A DNA stretch of 64,000 bases. Origin: a bacterium. GTDB lineage: Bacteria > Patescibacteriota > Minisyncoccia > Phycocordibacterales > SBAW01. The translations under genes and the position numbers were made by a program. Each line of letters opens with the position of its first letter. Positions within the stretch are counted from its first letter, which is position 1. The DNA is taken from contig JBAXFJ010000002.1 of assembly GCA_037139975.1 (NCBI GenBank), positions 90,099 to 154,098 on the forward strand. The letters are read 5' to 3'. Positions 38,204 through 49,496 of the stretch are shown one piece after another. The notes beneath the pieces were generated by a model that saw nothing but the letters and a program-made list of their open reading frames with translations, was not told the origin of the DNA and did not search any database.

Positions 38204-39289
38204 TCAAAAAAAATCAGTACGCACCACGACACCACCCCCGAGGCACACTTCCCCATTTTTTGTCCCTCGATAGAGAACGAGTGACTGACCAAGGGGGATG
38301 TGGCGTGGCTCAGAGAGAGTTACCACCACCTCTTCGCCCTCACGGGAGATGTGCGCGGGCAGGAGTGTTTGTCGATAGCGAAATCGGGCCAAACATTTCC
38401 CCTCGGGCGCAGCGCCAAGCCAGTTTGTGTCTGCGAGAGATATTTTTGTTTTTGTAACCCCTGTTGGATAGGGACTGCATGAGACCGTAATAGTGTTTTT
38501 TTCTATGTTCTTTCCAATGACATAGTAGGCAGGAGTTTCTGGTGAATGGACCGTAAGGGTAAAGCCGTGTCGCTCGCCGAGTGTATACAAGACCGCGCCT
38601 CGGTGTTCACCTACTACGTCACCATTTTCTGAAAGCACATTCCCTGGCACGGGCGCGAGCTCGTGCTCGAGCATATCTTTAATTGGTATGTTGCCCAAAA
38701 AGCACAAACCCTGACTGTCTTTGCGTCGCGCGTTTGGCAACGCAAACTTCTCTGCAAGCGCTCGCACTTCTGGTTTCTGCATACCGCCCACAGGAAAGAG
38801 CGTGTGCAGCAAGGCCCCTTTGGGCATCATCCACAGAAAATAACTTTGGTCTTTTTCGGTGTCGTTACCCGCATACAGCGCAGGCGCGCCAGAATCTGTA
38901 TTTTCTTTAATCTGCGCATAGTGCCCAGTGGCAACAAAATCGGCGCCGTGCTCTCGGACAAACTCATAAAATCTCCCAAACTTAATTTCTTTGTTGCACA
39001 GCGTATCAGGGTTGGGAGTGTTCCCTTTTCTAAATTCTTCTATCGAAGTCTGAAATACTGTTTTTTGATACTCGTTCGATAAGTCTAATTCTAAAAAAGG
39101 GATTTTTAAGTGCGCAGCCACGCGCATCGCGTCGAGTCTATCCTCACCCGCGGTGCAGGGATAGCCAGGCACCGTGATGCGGATAAACACCCCCGTCACG
39201 TCATACCCCGCCTTTTGCAACAGCGCGGCCGAAACGCCCGAGTCTACCCCGCCCGACAGGCCAACAAACACCACTCCTTTGCTTTTCAT
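38204..39289 (-). CDS. mnmA: tRNA 2-thiouridine(34) synthase
   Basis: PP-loop 'VFVGLSGGVDSGVSAALL', 361 aa. Start at the internal Met (MKSKGVVFVG). Confidence 0.88.
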   Translation of the reverse strand: MKSKGVVFVGLSGGVDSGVSAALLQKAGYDVTGVFIRITVPGYPCTAGEDRLDAMRVAAHLKIPFLELDLSNEYQKTVFQTSIEEFRKGNTPNPDTLCNKEIKFGRFYEFVREHGADFVATGHYAQIKENTDSGAPALYAGNDTEKDQSYFLWMMPKGALLHTLFPVGGMQKPEVRALAEKFALPNARRKDSQGLCFLGNIPIKDMLEHELAPVPGNVLSENGDVVGEHRGAVLYTLGERHGFTLTVHSPETPAYYVIGKNIEKNTITVSCSPYPTGVTKTKISLADTNWLGAAPEGKCLARFRYRQTLLPAHISREGEEVVVTLSEPRHIPLGQSLVLYRGTKNGEVCLGGGVVVRTDFF

Positions 39290-39391
39290 AAGCTTATGGT
39301 ACCTGAATTGCAATCGAGAGTCTAAAAACAACAAAGCCGCGCAACCAATTCACTTGAATGGGAGCGCGGCTCGAGGAATCGTGAGATCCCT

Positions 39392-39895
39392 CTAAACAAA
39401 CTTGGAGAACCCACGGATGGCCCCAGCGGCCAATGTCCAACCCTTACCGGTGAAATGATCGGCCGCATGACGAGCGGCAAACTTAACACCGGAACGAGCC
39501 GCTCTCCGTACTTTAGACTTCGTTTCTTCGTCGAGATTCTGGTACGCAGCGCTCACAGACTTTGTGCCCGCTGCCACGTGTTTGGCAACGATAACAATCG
39601 GCGCTGGACTTCTCCGACGAGCCGTGAGGCTCATGAAGAAGCTTACCCAGATGCTCGCCATCATGACAAGCACCATCGCAAACGTTGCGATCAGGACGGT
39701 CGCGTAGTCATTCCACCCGCCCCAAGTAAGGGCTGCGATGAAACCGATCTCACAGGTGACCAGTATGGCCAGAAAGCTTTTGAGTGCCCTGCTAGCACTC
39801 GCAAGCCCTAAGAATGCGCCGACCAGCGTGAGCAGGATCGGCAGCACGTAGACGATGAAGAGGAAACGGCTCATTGGTTTGTTACTCCTTGACAA
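39392..39895 (-). CDS. membrane protein (hypothetical, 3 TM plus basic cytoplasmic tail)
   Basis: Hydrophobic segments and coding-like composition. Confidence 0.4.
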   Translation of the reverse strand: MSRSNKPMSRFLFIVYVLPILLTLVGAFLGLASASRALKSFLAILVTCEIGFIAALTWGGWNDYATVLIATFAMVLVMMASIWVSFFMSLTARRRSPAPIVIVAKHVAAGTKSVSAAYQNLDEETKSKVRRAARSGVKFAARHAADHFTGKGWTLAAGAIRGFSKFV

Positions 39896-40071
39896 CGTTC
39901 AGTTCAGATTCCATTATACCATGATATGTACATATCTGTCAAGTATCCATAAAAGGCTTTAAAATTTGACTTTTAGTGCTTGTGTTGCGAGCTAATTTTG
40001 TTTTTTTATATATACCAGACTTCTTTATCTTACAGAATTTTATGAAAATAAAAATGTCTAACGCAAAAGCA

Positions 40072-40362
40072 TTAGACTGTGGCCTCCTCTCGAATATGTA
40101 CCCAGGCTTCAAACGCAGCGAGGCCCACTATAACCGCTGGTTTTTCAGCGATAGAAACAGAACGCACAAAAGCACGGATCGCGATAAGCAAATCACGAGG
40201 ACTCGGAGATTCTTCAAGTTCGATATTCCTGATAGAGTAAGGTTCCAACAACTCGCCAGATAGGAATTCATGAATTAACTGACTCCGTTGGCCATCCTCG
40301 TCACACGGGATCATGAACATCCCGAGATGCTTTTTGAGCATTTCACCAATCGTTAACTGCAC
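40072..40362 (-). CDS. hypothetical protein (96 aa)
   Basis: ORF with no recognisable motif. Confidence 0.3.
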   Translation of the reverse strand: MQLTIGEMLKKHLGMFMIPCDEDGQRSQLIHEFLSGELLEPYSIRNIELEESPSPRDLLIAIRAFVRSVSIAEKPAVIVGLAAFEAWVHIREEATV

Positions 40363-40380
40363 AGTCGCTCTCCTCTTGCT

Positions 40381-41118
40381 TTACTTGTTCACCACTCCTT
40401 CTGCACGAAGAGCATCTTCGGGGCTGTTGATCCCGAGAGATTCTTGCGCAGAGACTCCAACCGTCAGGATACGTCGCCCGTCGTTTTTTGCAAGAGCGAT
40501 GATGTCCGTCAGATACAACTCGCCATTGACCGGGTTTGGTTTCACCCGAGCCAAAGCTTCTTCGAGCCACGCCGAGTCGATGCAGTAAAAACCCGGGTTT
40601 ACTTCAGTGATGAGACGTTCATCGTCAGTCGCATTTTTATATTCAACAATTTTTTCGAGCGAGCCACTTTCGTCGCGGACAATGCGACCAAACGAATTAA
40701 ATGCCGCACGCCAGCGGCCAAAATCAGGCACCGATGTCGTGCCCAACACCAGTGCGGGTTTTTCCTGTGTAAACATATCTGCAATGCGAGAGATGCTTTC
40801 TGCGGTGATAAACGGGTTGTCAGCATATAACACAAACACCGCGGTGTGTTCCTGATCTAAAAAAGGCACACAGACACCAACCGCATGGGCCGTGCCCTTT
40901 TGTTCTGCTTGTTCGACATAGCGCTCGTTGGGGAAGCGCTCTTTGATATGTTCCGCACCCCAACCAACCACCACGATCGGCTTATGTGTTCCCGTTTGTT
41001 GAAACGTGTCGAGCAAGCGACCGAGCATTGAGACACCACCAACCTCGGCGAGTGCTTTGGGCATGTCAGAGCGCATCCGGGTACTGCGCCCTGCAGCCAA
41101 GATGATGGGCTGGATCAT
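40381..41118 (-). CDS. sugar-phosphate nucleotidyltransferase (NTP_transferase domain, GlmU N-terminal-like)
   Basis: 'IILAAGRSTRMRSDMPKALAEVGGVSMLGRLL' nucleotidyltransferase signature, 245 aa. No acetyltransferase hexapeptide domain. Confidence 0.8.
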   Translation of the reverse strand: MIQPIILAAGRSTRMRSDMPKALAEVGGVSMLGRLLDTFQQTGTHKPIVVVGWGAEHIKERFPNERYVEQAEQKGTAHAVGVCVPFLDQEHTAVFVLYADNPFITAESISRIADMFTQEKPALVLGTTSVPDFGRWRAAFNSFGRIVRDESGSLEKIVEYKNATDDERLITEVNPGFYCIDSAWLEEALARVKPNPVNGELYLTDIIALAKNDGRRILTVGVSAQESLGINSPEDALRAEGVVNK

Positions 41119-41135
41119 ACGGAGTACAACTTTGT

Positions 41136-41375
41136 TTACAGGATAATAGTTGCACCACCTGGGTGGATCTCAAGGACGCCTGAGGTGACTTCAAAAAATT
41201 GCTGTCCGTCCTGCAAGTCTGCCGCATGTACCGTGATGACACCTGGTTTGAGCGTTGTGACAAACGGTTCGTGGTTGCCAAGCACCGTCATCTCGCCCTC
41301 GGTGGCAGGCACGGTAACCGAGACAGCCTCACCGTCAAAATACACTTGATCAACTTTTGCTATTACTACTTTCAT
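41136..41375 (-). CDS. atpC: F1 ATP synthase subunit epsilon (short)
   Basis: 79-aa beta-sandwich 'VTVPATEGEMTVLGNHEP...VLEIHPGGATIIL'. Terminal gene of the atp operon. Confidence 0.85.
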   Translation of the reverse strand: MKVVIAKVDQVYFDGEAVSVTVPATEGEMTVLGNHEPFVTTLKPGVITVHAADLQDGQQFFEVTSGVLEIHPGGATIIL

Positions 41376-41391
41376 ATTTTATTTTTCCTAC

Positions 41392-41442
41392 GTCCTAAGG
41401 TTAAACCTTAGACCCCAACCTCCTAAGGTTTAACCTTAGGAC
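41392..41442. repeat. two tandem palindromic units (GTCCTAAGGTTAAACCTTAGAC / TCCTAAGGTTTAACCTTAGGA) in the atpD-atpC spacer
   Basis: Each unit is an inverted repeat with about 9-bp arms. The two units are mutually complementary. Lies directly upstream of the atpC SD (AGGAAAAA). Confidence 0.7.
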
Positions 41443-41448
41443 ATGGGA

Positions 41449-42855
<1,407 letters not shown>

Positions 42856-42877
42856 TTAATACTTTGTAGTCTTTCGG

Positions 42878-43807
42878 TTAGGCTGCCATGGCTTCCATGC
42901 CGCCGGTAATCTCGGAGACTTCTCTTGTTATAGCAGCTTGTCGCGCTTTATTAAACTTGAGCCTCAAAAGGTGCTCCATCTCTTCGGCTTTGTCGGACGC
43001 CGACTTCATCGCGACCATGCGTGCCGAGTGCTCGCTAGCCTGGGACTCGAGCAGCGCATGATAGACAAAAATGCTTGCGAGCTTTGGTAAAATAACCAAT
43101 AAGACTTCTTCTTCAGACGGCTCAACGGTGTAGGCGGGCACGCGAGCGGCATCTCGCCCACGCGCATCAACATCTGCAAGAGTGCCTTTTTTTGGAGCAA
43201 TGTCTGCAACTGTTTGTAAAAGCTGCTCAAGGTGAAGCGGAAAGATCTGCCGTACCGTGGCGTGCTGCTCAAATGTTGAGATAAAATTTTGATACGAGAG
43301 CATAACGACATCCACTGCCCCCGCGCTAAAACGGAACGTGGCTTCGCGCACCAGTTCATCAACCAGCTCGCTCGTCACCTTGTCATTGTTGGGGTGGTAC
43401 GCCTCGATAACAAACCCTCGTGTCGTAAAAAAATCGAGAGCTTTTTTACCCACCGCAACAACACGCACGTCTTCTTTTGCGATCCCTGAGGCCAACATCT
43501 CGCTGTAGGTGGAACGAAGCACCGCACTGTTGAGCGCCCCCGCCAAACCCTTGTCACTGGTGATGACAATCCACAACACTTTTTGAACAATAGGGCGCGC
43601 TGCCACGAGCGCGTGGTTTTTGAGCGATGCCGACCCAGACATGCGTGAAAGAATCGAGACAGCCGCGCGTGCATAGGCCCTGCCCCCGAGCGCTGTTTGT
43701 TGCGCCTTGCGCATCTTGGCAGCCGAAACCGCCTCCATCGCTTTGGTCACGGTTTGAGTTTTCTCAACCGAGCGGATTTTCGACTTTATTTGCTTGAGTC
43801 CTGCCAT
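42878..43807 (-). CDS. atpG: F1 ATP synthase subunit gamma
   Basis: 'MAGLKQIKSKIRSVEKTQTVTKAMEAVSAAKMRKAQ' gamma N-terminus, 309 aa. Confidence 0.92.
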   Translation of the reverse strand: MAGLKQIKSKIRSVEKTQTVTKAMEAVSAAKMRKAQQTALGGRAYARAAVSILSRMSGSASLKNHALVAARPIVQKVLWIVITSDKGLAGALNSAVLRSTYSEMLASGIAKEDVRVVAVGKKALDFFTTRGFVIEAYHPNNDKVTSELVDELVREATFRFSAGAVDVVMLSYQNFISTFEQHATVRQIFPLHLEQLLQTVADIAPKKGTLADVDARGRDAARVPAYTVEPSEEEVLLVILPKLASIFVYHALLESQASEHSARMVAMKSASDKAEEMEHLLRLKFNKARQAAITREVSEITGGMEAMAA

Positions 43808-43812
43808 ATAAA

Positions 43813-43860
43813 TTAAGGTGACACCTTAACCCCAGCCCCCTCCAAGGTGCCACCTTGGAC
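43813..43860. repeat. two palindromes (AAGGTGACACCTT and CCAAGGTGCCACCTTGG) inside the atpA 3' end, upstream of the atpG start
   Basis: Perfect 6- and 8-bp-arm inverted repeats sharing the AAGGTG/CACCTT core seen in other elements of this window. Confidence 0.7.
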
Positions 43861-45408
43861 CAAACCAGGGTGTGTTGCTTGGAATTTTTCAAGCGCTGCC
43901 TTCAGACTCGTCTCTGAGCTTTCAGACATCTCACGGGACATAGCAATCGCAGGAAGCAGGTCTGCGCACTCGGCATCAAGGAAGGTCAAGAGTTTCTCTT
44001 CAAACTCGGGAACGCATTCAACTGACACCTTTGCCAGGTAGCCGTTAACTGCTGCATAGATGATGACCGACTGACGTTCAAAGGCGATAGGCGCGCCGTT
44101 CTTTTGCTTGAGCGTTGCCATGAGGCGCTGGCCGGAGTCGATGCGACGCTTCGTGTCGGGGTCGAGGTCTTGGCTGAATTGCATAAACGCCTCGAGTTCG
44201 CGGAACTGCGCCAACTCGAGCTTGATTTTGCCTGAAACACGCTTCATCGCCTTGGTTTGTGCGGCTGAACCCACACGCGACACTGAAAGGCCAGCGTTGA
44301 TGGCAGGGCGCATGCCCTTGTTGAACAAGTCTGTTTCGAGGAAAATCTGCCCGTCGGTGATAGAGATGACGTTGGTGGGAATATAGCCCGACACGTCGCC
44401 TTCTTGGGTCTCAATGACCGGAAGTGCGGTGAGTGAGCCGCCGCCTTTTTCTTTTGATAGTTTTGCCGCGCGCTCGAGCAAGCGTGAGTGCAGGTAGAAA
44501 ACGTCGCCTGGGTATGCCTCGCGCCCTGGTGGGCGGCGGAGCAGGAGCGAGAGTTGGCGGTATGCCACCGCGTGCTTTGAAAGGTCATCGTAGATGATGA
44601 GCGCATCACGGCCAGAGTCCATAAAATATTCACCAATAGCTGCGCCCGCAAAGGGAGCCAAGTATTGCAGCGCAGCGGGTGCTGCGGCGCCCGCATCAAC
44701 CACAATGGTGTACTCGAGTGCGCCACGCTCACGCAAAAGCGACACAAGGCGCGAGGTTTTTGATTCTTTTTGACCGATTGAAACGTAGATACAGATGGGG
44801 CGCGACGCTGCTGGCTCTGACTTTTGGTTCAAAATGGTGTCGATAGCAACAGTGGTCTTACCGGTGTAGCGGTCGCCGATGATGAGCTCGCGTTGTCCGC
44901 GACCAATAGGGATCATCGAGTCAATCGCTTTGATGCCCGTGTGGAGCGGCTGCCCCACCGACTGGCGGTCCATCACACCATAGGCCTCGCGTTCAATGGC
45001 GTTGCGCTGTGTGCTCACAATGCCGCCCAGACCATCGAGCGGCTCACCCAAAGGTGAGACCACGCGCCCAAGCAGCGCGTCTCCCACGGGAATAGACAAC
45101 ACTTGACCGGTCGACTCAACCATCATGCCTTCGGTAATGAGCGACGCATCACCCAAAATAATGGCACGAACGGATTCTTCTTCAAGGTTCAAAACAACAC
45201 CAAAAATATCTTCTGTTTCGAGCGCGTCGACCAGTGGTTTGCGACCAGCAGTAACAAAACGCACCATCTCGGACATGACCGCGCCGGCGAGCCCTTCAAT
45301 CTCAGCAACGCCGTCACCCACGCGCACCACCAGGCCAGCATTGGCGGGACGAGACGTGGGAGTAAACTGCTCGATTTCTTTTTTAAATTGTTCAATAAAG
45401 TTTTGCAT
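43813..45408 (-). CDS. atpA: F1 ATP synthase subunit alpha (with unusual ~20-aa C-terminal tail encoded by palindromes)
   Basis: Walker A 'GDRYTGKT'. The extra tail '...THPGLVQGGTLEGAGVKVSP' overlaps the hairpins at 43813-43860. Confidence 0.95.
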   Translation of the reverse strand: MQNFIEQFKKEIEQFTPTSRPANAGLVVRVGDGVAEIEGLAGAVMSEMVRFVTAGRKPLVDALETEDIFGVVLNLEEESVRAIILGDASLITEGMMVESTGQVLSIPVGDALLGRVVSPLGEPLDGLGGIVSTQRNAIEREAYGVMDRQSVGQPLHTGIKAIDSMIPIGRGQRELIIGDRYTGKTTVAIDTILNQKSEPAASRPICIYVSIGQKESKTSRLVSLLRERGALEYTIVVDAGAAAPAALQYLAPFAGAAIGEYFMDSGRDALIIYDDLSKHAVAYRQLSLLLRRPPGREAYPGDVFYLHSRLLERAAKLSKEKGGGSLTALPVIETQEGDVSGYIPTNVISITDGQIFLETDLFNKGMRPAINAGLSVSRVGSAAQTKAMKRVSGKIKLELAQFRELEAFMQFSQDLDPDTKRRIDSGQRLMATLKQKNGAPIAFERQSVIIYAAVNGYLAKVSVECVPEFEEKLLTFLDAECADLLPAIAMSREMSESSETSLKAALEKFQATHPGLVQGGTLEGAGVKVSP

Positions 45409-45423
45409 GATGTGTTTTTTTTG

Positions 45424-45684
45424 TTACGACGTTGCGACCAGTTTGCGATAGAGCTCGAGCAACACCCGCGTGCGTTCAGATTCTTCGGTCACATGCGTGT
45501 ATTTTTCTGAACGCTTTTTTGTTTCAATAATCTGTTGATATTGAACCAGGATCTGGGGCGCGAGTTTGATGTGACCTTTTTTCTTGAGCGTCTGCATGAG
45601 CCCCGTGAGGTATGTGCGGGAATGTTCTGGCGCCGTGGACACAAGGTCGTGGAGCGCATGTGCGTATTGTTGCTGGAGCGTCAT
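45424..45684 (-). CDS. atpH: putative short ATP synthase delta (OSCP) N-terminal-domain protein
   Basis: Sits between atpF and atpA, where atpH normally is. 86-aa helical protein 'MTLQQQYAHALHDLV...'. Start overlaps the atpF stop. Confidence 0.5.
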   Translation of the reverse strand: MTLQQQYAHALHDLVSTAPEHSRTYLTGLMQTLKKKGHIKLAPQILVQYQQIIETKKRSEKYTHVTEESERTRVLLELYRKLVATS

Positions 45685-45685
45685 A

Positions 45686-46132
45686 TTATTTTGACTGGAG
45701 GCTGGCACGCTCCATACCAAGCACAATGAGTTTTGCTACTTCTTGTTTGCTTTCTACAATGGCGGCGTGCTTCATCTCAGCTGCTCGAGCTTCTGCTTCC
45801 TGCAAAAGCGCCGCAGCAGCAGCCTCGCCTTGAGCGACGATCTGCTGCTGCTTTTCGCCCGCAGAAACACGCGCCTTTGCGACCACTTCATCTGCATCCT
45901 TTCCTGCTTGCGCAAGCAATTCTGCACGAGACTCCTCTATCCGTTTCAGGTGATGTCTTGCCTTGTCTGCATCGCGCACGCCGTCTGCCATTTTCTGGCG
46001 CCGTGCTGCAAGCATGGTGGTAAGCGGCTCATACAAAAAATACCAAAGCGCCAACAACAACAGCGAAAAGTTGATGATATTGATCACCAAGAGCCGCCAG
46101 TCAACACCAAATGCTGCGAATAATTGAGCCAT
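45686..46132 (-). CDS. atpF: Fo ATP synthase subunit b
   Basis: N-terminal TM 'LLVINIINFSLLLLALWYFLY', then a long charged Ala-rich helix. Confidence 0.88.
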   Translation of the reverse strand: MAQLFAAFGVDWRLLVINIINFSLLLLALWYFLYEPLTTMLAARRQKMADGVRDADKARHHLKRIEESRAELLAQAGKDADEVVAKARVSAGEKQQQIVAQGEAAAAALLQEAEARAAEMKHAAIVESKQEVAKLIVLGMERASLQSK

Positions 46133-46149
46133 GCCTCGCTACAAAGTGG

Positions 46150-46407
<258 letters not shown>

Positions 46408-46440
46408 TTACCGCACCCGCGCACCCTGCCGATAATACCC

Positions 46441-47247
46441 TTACTCTACCACAGCGTGGCTCCCACTGCCATGCGCTTCGTTGTGCGCAACACTGTGCGG
46501 CATCGCGATGGCAAGTTTAATGAAAAACAGCGTCAGCATCGCAAACACCCCCGCCTGAACCACGCCAACAAACGTCTCGAACGCCATCAACGGCACCGGC
46601 AGCACATAGGGCATGAAATATGCGACCACAGCGAGCAAGACCTCGCCGGCAAAAATATTGCCAAAAAGACGGAACGAAAACGAGATGAATCGTGACATTT
46701 CAGAGACAAATTCGATAATACCTACGATGAAATTGAGCGGCGAAGAAAAGTTAAAGAACTTTGAGCCATAGCGCCAAAAGCCAACCGCAATAATACCGCT
46801 CACCTCGATGGACAACACCGAAATAATTGCAAGCGCAAGCGTGATGTTGAGGTCGGTGTTGACTGGCCGAAAGAGCGGCACTCCGCCAGCTGGCGGACTC
46901 CCCGCTGGATGAAAAACGACGCTGCCAAAAAACGGCAAGAAATCAAACAGGTTTGATGCGCAAATAAACAGAAAGATGGTCGCAATGAGTGGGAAAAAAC
47001 GCTCGGCCAAGGCACGCGAGCCCAAAATATTTTGCATATAGTCAATAACAAAATCGAACAGCATTTCAAAAAAGTTTTGCACTTTGCCGGGGATGAGCGT
47101 TGGGTTTTTACCTACCACAACAGCAATAAGCACCAAAAAACCCATAACCAACCACTGAGTCACGAGCGTGTTGGTAATGGGCACACCCCACAACGTACCC
47201 AACCGCTCTGCAGCGAGCGTTATATGAAGCCCCGCCTTCTCATTCAT
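46441..47247 (-). CDS. atpB: Fo ATP synthase subunit a
   Basis: Polytopic protein with 'LSFRLFGNIFAGE' a-subunit Arg motif. Start at the internal Met (MNEKAGLH); a -10-like TATAGT lies just upstream. Confidence 0.88.
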   Translation of the reverse strand: MNEKAGLHITLAAERLGTLWGVPITNTLVTQWLVMGFLVLIAVVVGKNPTLIPGKVQNFFEMLFDFVIDYMQNILGSRALAERFFPLIATIFLFICASNLFDFLPFFGSVVFHPAGSPPAGGVPLFRPVNTDLNITLALAIISVLSIEVSGIIAVGFWRYGSKFFNFSSPLNFIVGIIEFVSEMSRFISFSFRLFGNIFAGEVLLAVVAYFMPYVLPVPLMAFETFVGVVQAGVFAMLTLFFIKLAIAMPHSVAHNEAHGSGSHAVVE

Positions 47248-47336
47248 AGATGCGCCCACTATACCACAAAAACGAAAAAATAAGAAAAAGAAAAGACCTT
47301 CTGTGTAAAAGAAGGTCAGAGGGTGCGAAAGATGTA

Positions 47337-47750
47337 TCAGGCTTCCGAAAGGAGACCGCGACGCTCTTCCTTTAGAACAAGACTGAGCGTGCCTCCTTTT
47401 GGCTGAAAGGCCACCCGAAGCGCTTGAAGCCCCGCGCATGGGTTGCACGCACCACACATAAAGACATCGATCGCGGCAAAATTTCGCTCAGGCCAGGTGT
47501 GGATCGAGATATGACTCTCGGCCAAAACAAGCACACCACTGACCCCGCCGTTGAGTGAGAAGTGGTGAAAGTGCCCATGCAAGACGGTTGCCTCAGATGC
47601 GTGAGCCATCTCCCGAAGCGCGCGGTCAATGTATTCTGGATCGCATAAATTGGTCGCTCCCCATACGTCGATCAGCAGGTGCGTGCCCGCGAACACCACC
47701 CCACCCCTTTTGACAAAATAGTCTTTGGGCTCGCCACTTGAACGGTCCAT
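47337..47750 (-). CDS. speH: S-adenosylmethionine decarboxylase proenzyme (small SpeH type)
   Basis: 'GTHLLIDVWG...VLAESHISIHTWPE' including the ES self-cleavage (pyruvoyl) site. SD GGGGGA. Confidence 0.85.
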   Translation of the reverse strand: MDRSSGEPKDYFVKRGGVVFAGTHLLIDVWGATNLCDPEYIDRALREMAHASEATVLHGHFHHFSLNGGVSGVLVLAESHISIHTWPERNFAAIDVFMCGACNPCAGLQALRVAFQPKGGTLSLVLKEERRGLLSEA

Positions 47751-47856
47751 GCATTCCCCCTTTTTTTGCTTCCAAGGTCGAGTATAAGCAAATAGACCAA
47801 AAACACAAACGAGTTGTGCGACTTACGTTTAAATAAAAACACCCGCACTCTTATTA

Positions 47857-47932
47857 TGGTGGACCCTGCCGGACTCGAACCGGCCACCTCCTCATTGCAA
47901 ATGAGGCGCTCTACCAGATGAGCTAAGGGCCC
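47857..47932 (-). tRNA. tRNA-Ala (anticodon UGC), CCA encoded
   Basis: Minus-strand sequence GGGCCCTTAGCTCATCTGGTAGAGCGCCTCATTTGCAATGAGGAGGTGGCCGGTTCGAGTCCGGCAGGGTCCACCA folds as a cloverleaf with anticodon TGC and the G3:U70 alanine identity pair. Confidence 0.92.
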
Positions 47933-47973
47933 TTTTTTCTCTGGTTACGCACAACCACCCAAGCACACGAACT

Positions 47974-48001
47974 ATACTAACATATCACACGAATGTGTAA
48001 A
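47974..48001 (-). promoter_or_regulatory. possible promoter for tRNA-Ala (minus strand: TTTACA-N16-TAGTAT)
   Basis: Read on the minus strand about 45 nt upstream of the tRNA 5' end. Confidence 0.3.
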
Positions 48002-48033
48002 ACCAAACGCAGCACAACCCAAATCAAAACTAA

Positions 48034-48063
48034 CGCTTAATCTGATCTATCTTACTCGCCAAT
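48034..48063. repeat. degenerate ~30-bp duplicate of the pterin dehydratase 3' end (cf. 48116-48145)
   Basis: TGATCTATCTTACTCGCCAATATATCTACG versus TGATCTACCTTGCTTGCCAATATGAAGTCG, about 22/30 identical, located beside the tRNA gene. Confidence 0.4.
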
Positions 48064-48102
48064 ATATCTACGATATATCGTCTTCGCGCGGGACAAATAA
48101 AA

Positions 48103-48462
48103 CTAAAGTTTTATTTGATCTACCTTGCTTGCCAATATGAAGTCGTTCTCGGAGAGGCCCGAGAGCGCATGGGTCGAGAGCTCGATGCCCACCGAACCCC
48201 ATGAAAGGGTCATGTCGGGATGGTGGCCCTCTTCCTCGGCTATGTCTCCTACTTTATTTACAAACGCGAGTGCGTCTTTGAAGTTTTTAAACGTACATTG
48301 ACGCGCGAGAATATGTGCATCATCGATAAGCATCCACTCGGCGTCTATCTGCGACATCAAGGCTTCGGCCTCGTGCGGCAGGAGCGCTTCGGCATTTTTA
48401 TCCTCGCAGGGGATGCATCTTTTTTCTGCAAGGGGGAGCGGCGCTTCGTTTTTATTTTCCAT
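48103..48462 (-). CDS. 4a-hydroxytetrahydrobiopterin dehydratase (PCD/DCoH)
   Basis: 'EEGHHPDMTLSWGSVGIELSTHA' PCD signature. Confidence 0.85.
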   Translation of the reverse strand: MENKNEAPLPLAEKRCIPCEDKNAEALLPHEAEALMSQIDAEWMLIDDAHILARQCTFKNFKDALAFVNKVGDIAEEEGHHPDMTLSWGSVGIELSTHALSGLSENDFILASKVDQIKL

Positions 48463-48485
48463 ATATAAAATTTGGTACCACTAGA

Positions 48486-49463
48486 TTAACGCTTTTGAGG
48501 CTTGAGGGCAAGCTGCACCACGTGGTCGAGAAAGTCAGAAACCCTTGCCCCAACTGCTTCAATCGCTTTTGGAAAGAGCGACTCGCGGGTCATGCCGCAC
48601 GCAGCAGCGCTGTTGACCTCGAGGAAATAGACACCTCGTTTGCTGACGATGAAGTCAGAGCGCGAATAGTGCCCAAGCCCGAGTCCTTCGTGAGCAAGAC
48701 GCGCAGCTTTTGCCATCAGATCTTTTTCTTTTTTTGTGAAGTTGCCTGGAACCCGTTCAGTGGTCTCGCCGCTATACTTAGCATCATAGGAAAAGAAGCC
48801 ATGCTTTTTTGGTGGAATAATTTCGACCGGCAAAAGAGCATACAACTTTTCGCCACGAAAACCATCGATGACACCCAACGTGCCTTCCTTTCCCGCAATA
48901 AACTCCTCAACGAGCACACGCTCACCATGCTCAAACGCCTGCTCAAGACCCGAAAGCAACTCGTGATAGGTGTTGGCAACCGCAACCCCAACCGAAGAAC
49001 CACCCGCAACAGGTTTCACTATTGCTGGATGTGGGAATGACCGAAAAAGCGAAAGCGCCAAAGGCTCAAGGTCGTATGCTTTCTCCACAACAACACCGTG
49101 CGGCACCTTGACGCCAAGCTTTGCCACTACTTCTCGTGTTTGGTGTTTGTTGAACGAAAGCGCCGAGGCAAACGGGTCAGCGCCCGTATAGGGCACGCCC
49201 AGTGAGCCAAGCATTCGTTGCACGCCGCCGTTTTCGCCATAGTCGCCATGCAGCACATTGAAAGCAACATCAACTCCGCGCAAGGCCTTCTCGGGCAGCA
49301 TCACCACTCCGTGCACGTGCCAATCGCCCCCACGCGAGATGAAGATATCGCGCACGTCATATTTTTCGGGATCAAGTTTTTCGAGTACATGCGCACCACT
49401 TTGCAGCGAGATTTCATACTCGCTCGATGGTCCCCCACGAAGCACTCCAACAACGGTTCGCAT
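48486..49463 (-). CDS. ddl: D-alanine--D-alanine ligase
   Basis: ATP-grasp fold, 'VKPVAGGSSVGV' and C-terminal 'FLEVNSAAACGMT', 325 aa. Confidence 0.9.
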   Translation of the reverse strand: MRTVVGVLRGGPSSEYEISLQSGAHVLEKLDPEKYDVRDIFISRGGDWHVHGVVMLPEKALRGVDVAFNVLHGDYGENGGVQRMLGSLGVPYTGADPFASALSFNKHQTREVVAKLGVKVPHGVVVEKAYDLEPLALSLFRSFPHPAIVKPVAGGSSVGVAVANTYHELLSGLEQAFEHGERVLVEEFIAGKEGTLGVIDGFRGEKLYALLPVEIIPPKKHGFFSYDAKYSGETTERVPGNFTKKEKDLMAKAARLAHEGLGLGHYSRSDFIVSKRGVYFLEVNSAAACGMTRESLFPKAIEAVGARVSDFLDHVVQLALKPQKR

Positions 49464-49496
49464 AATACCTAGTATGCCATAGAAAAAAGTTTTTGA

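Noticed and set aside
46441-47457. Long N-terminal extensions of atpB (to 47457), rpsM (to 25132), rplQ (to 22582), the ABC ATPase (to 3879), the PilM-like gene (to 27576) and pepO (from 31031)
   Set aside because: The extensions overlap neighbouring genes or lack homology to the respective families. Internal Met codons align with canonical protein N-termini and, for several, with SD or -10-like sequences.
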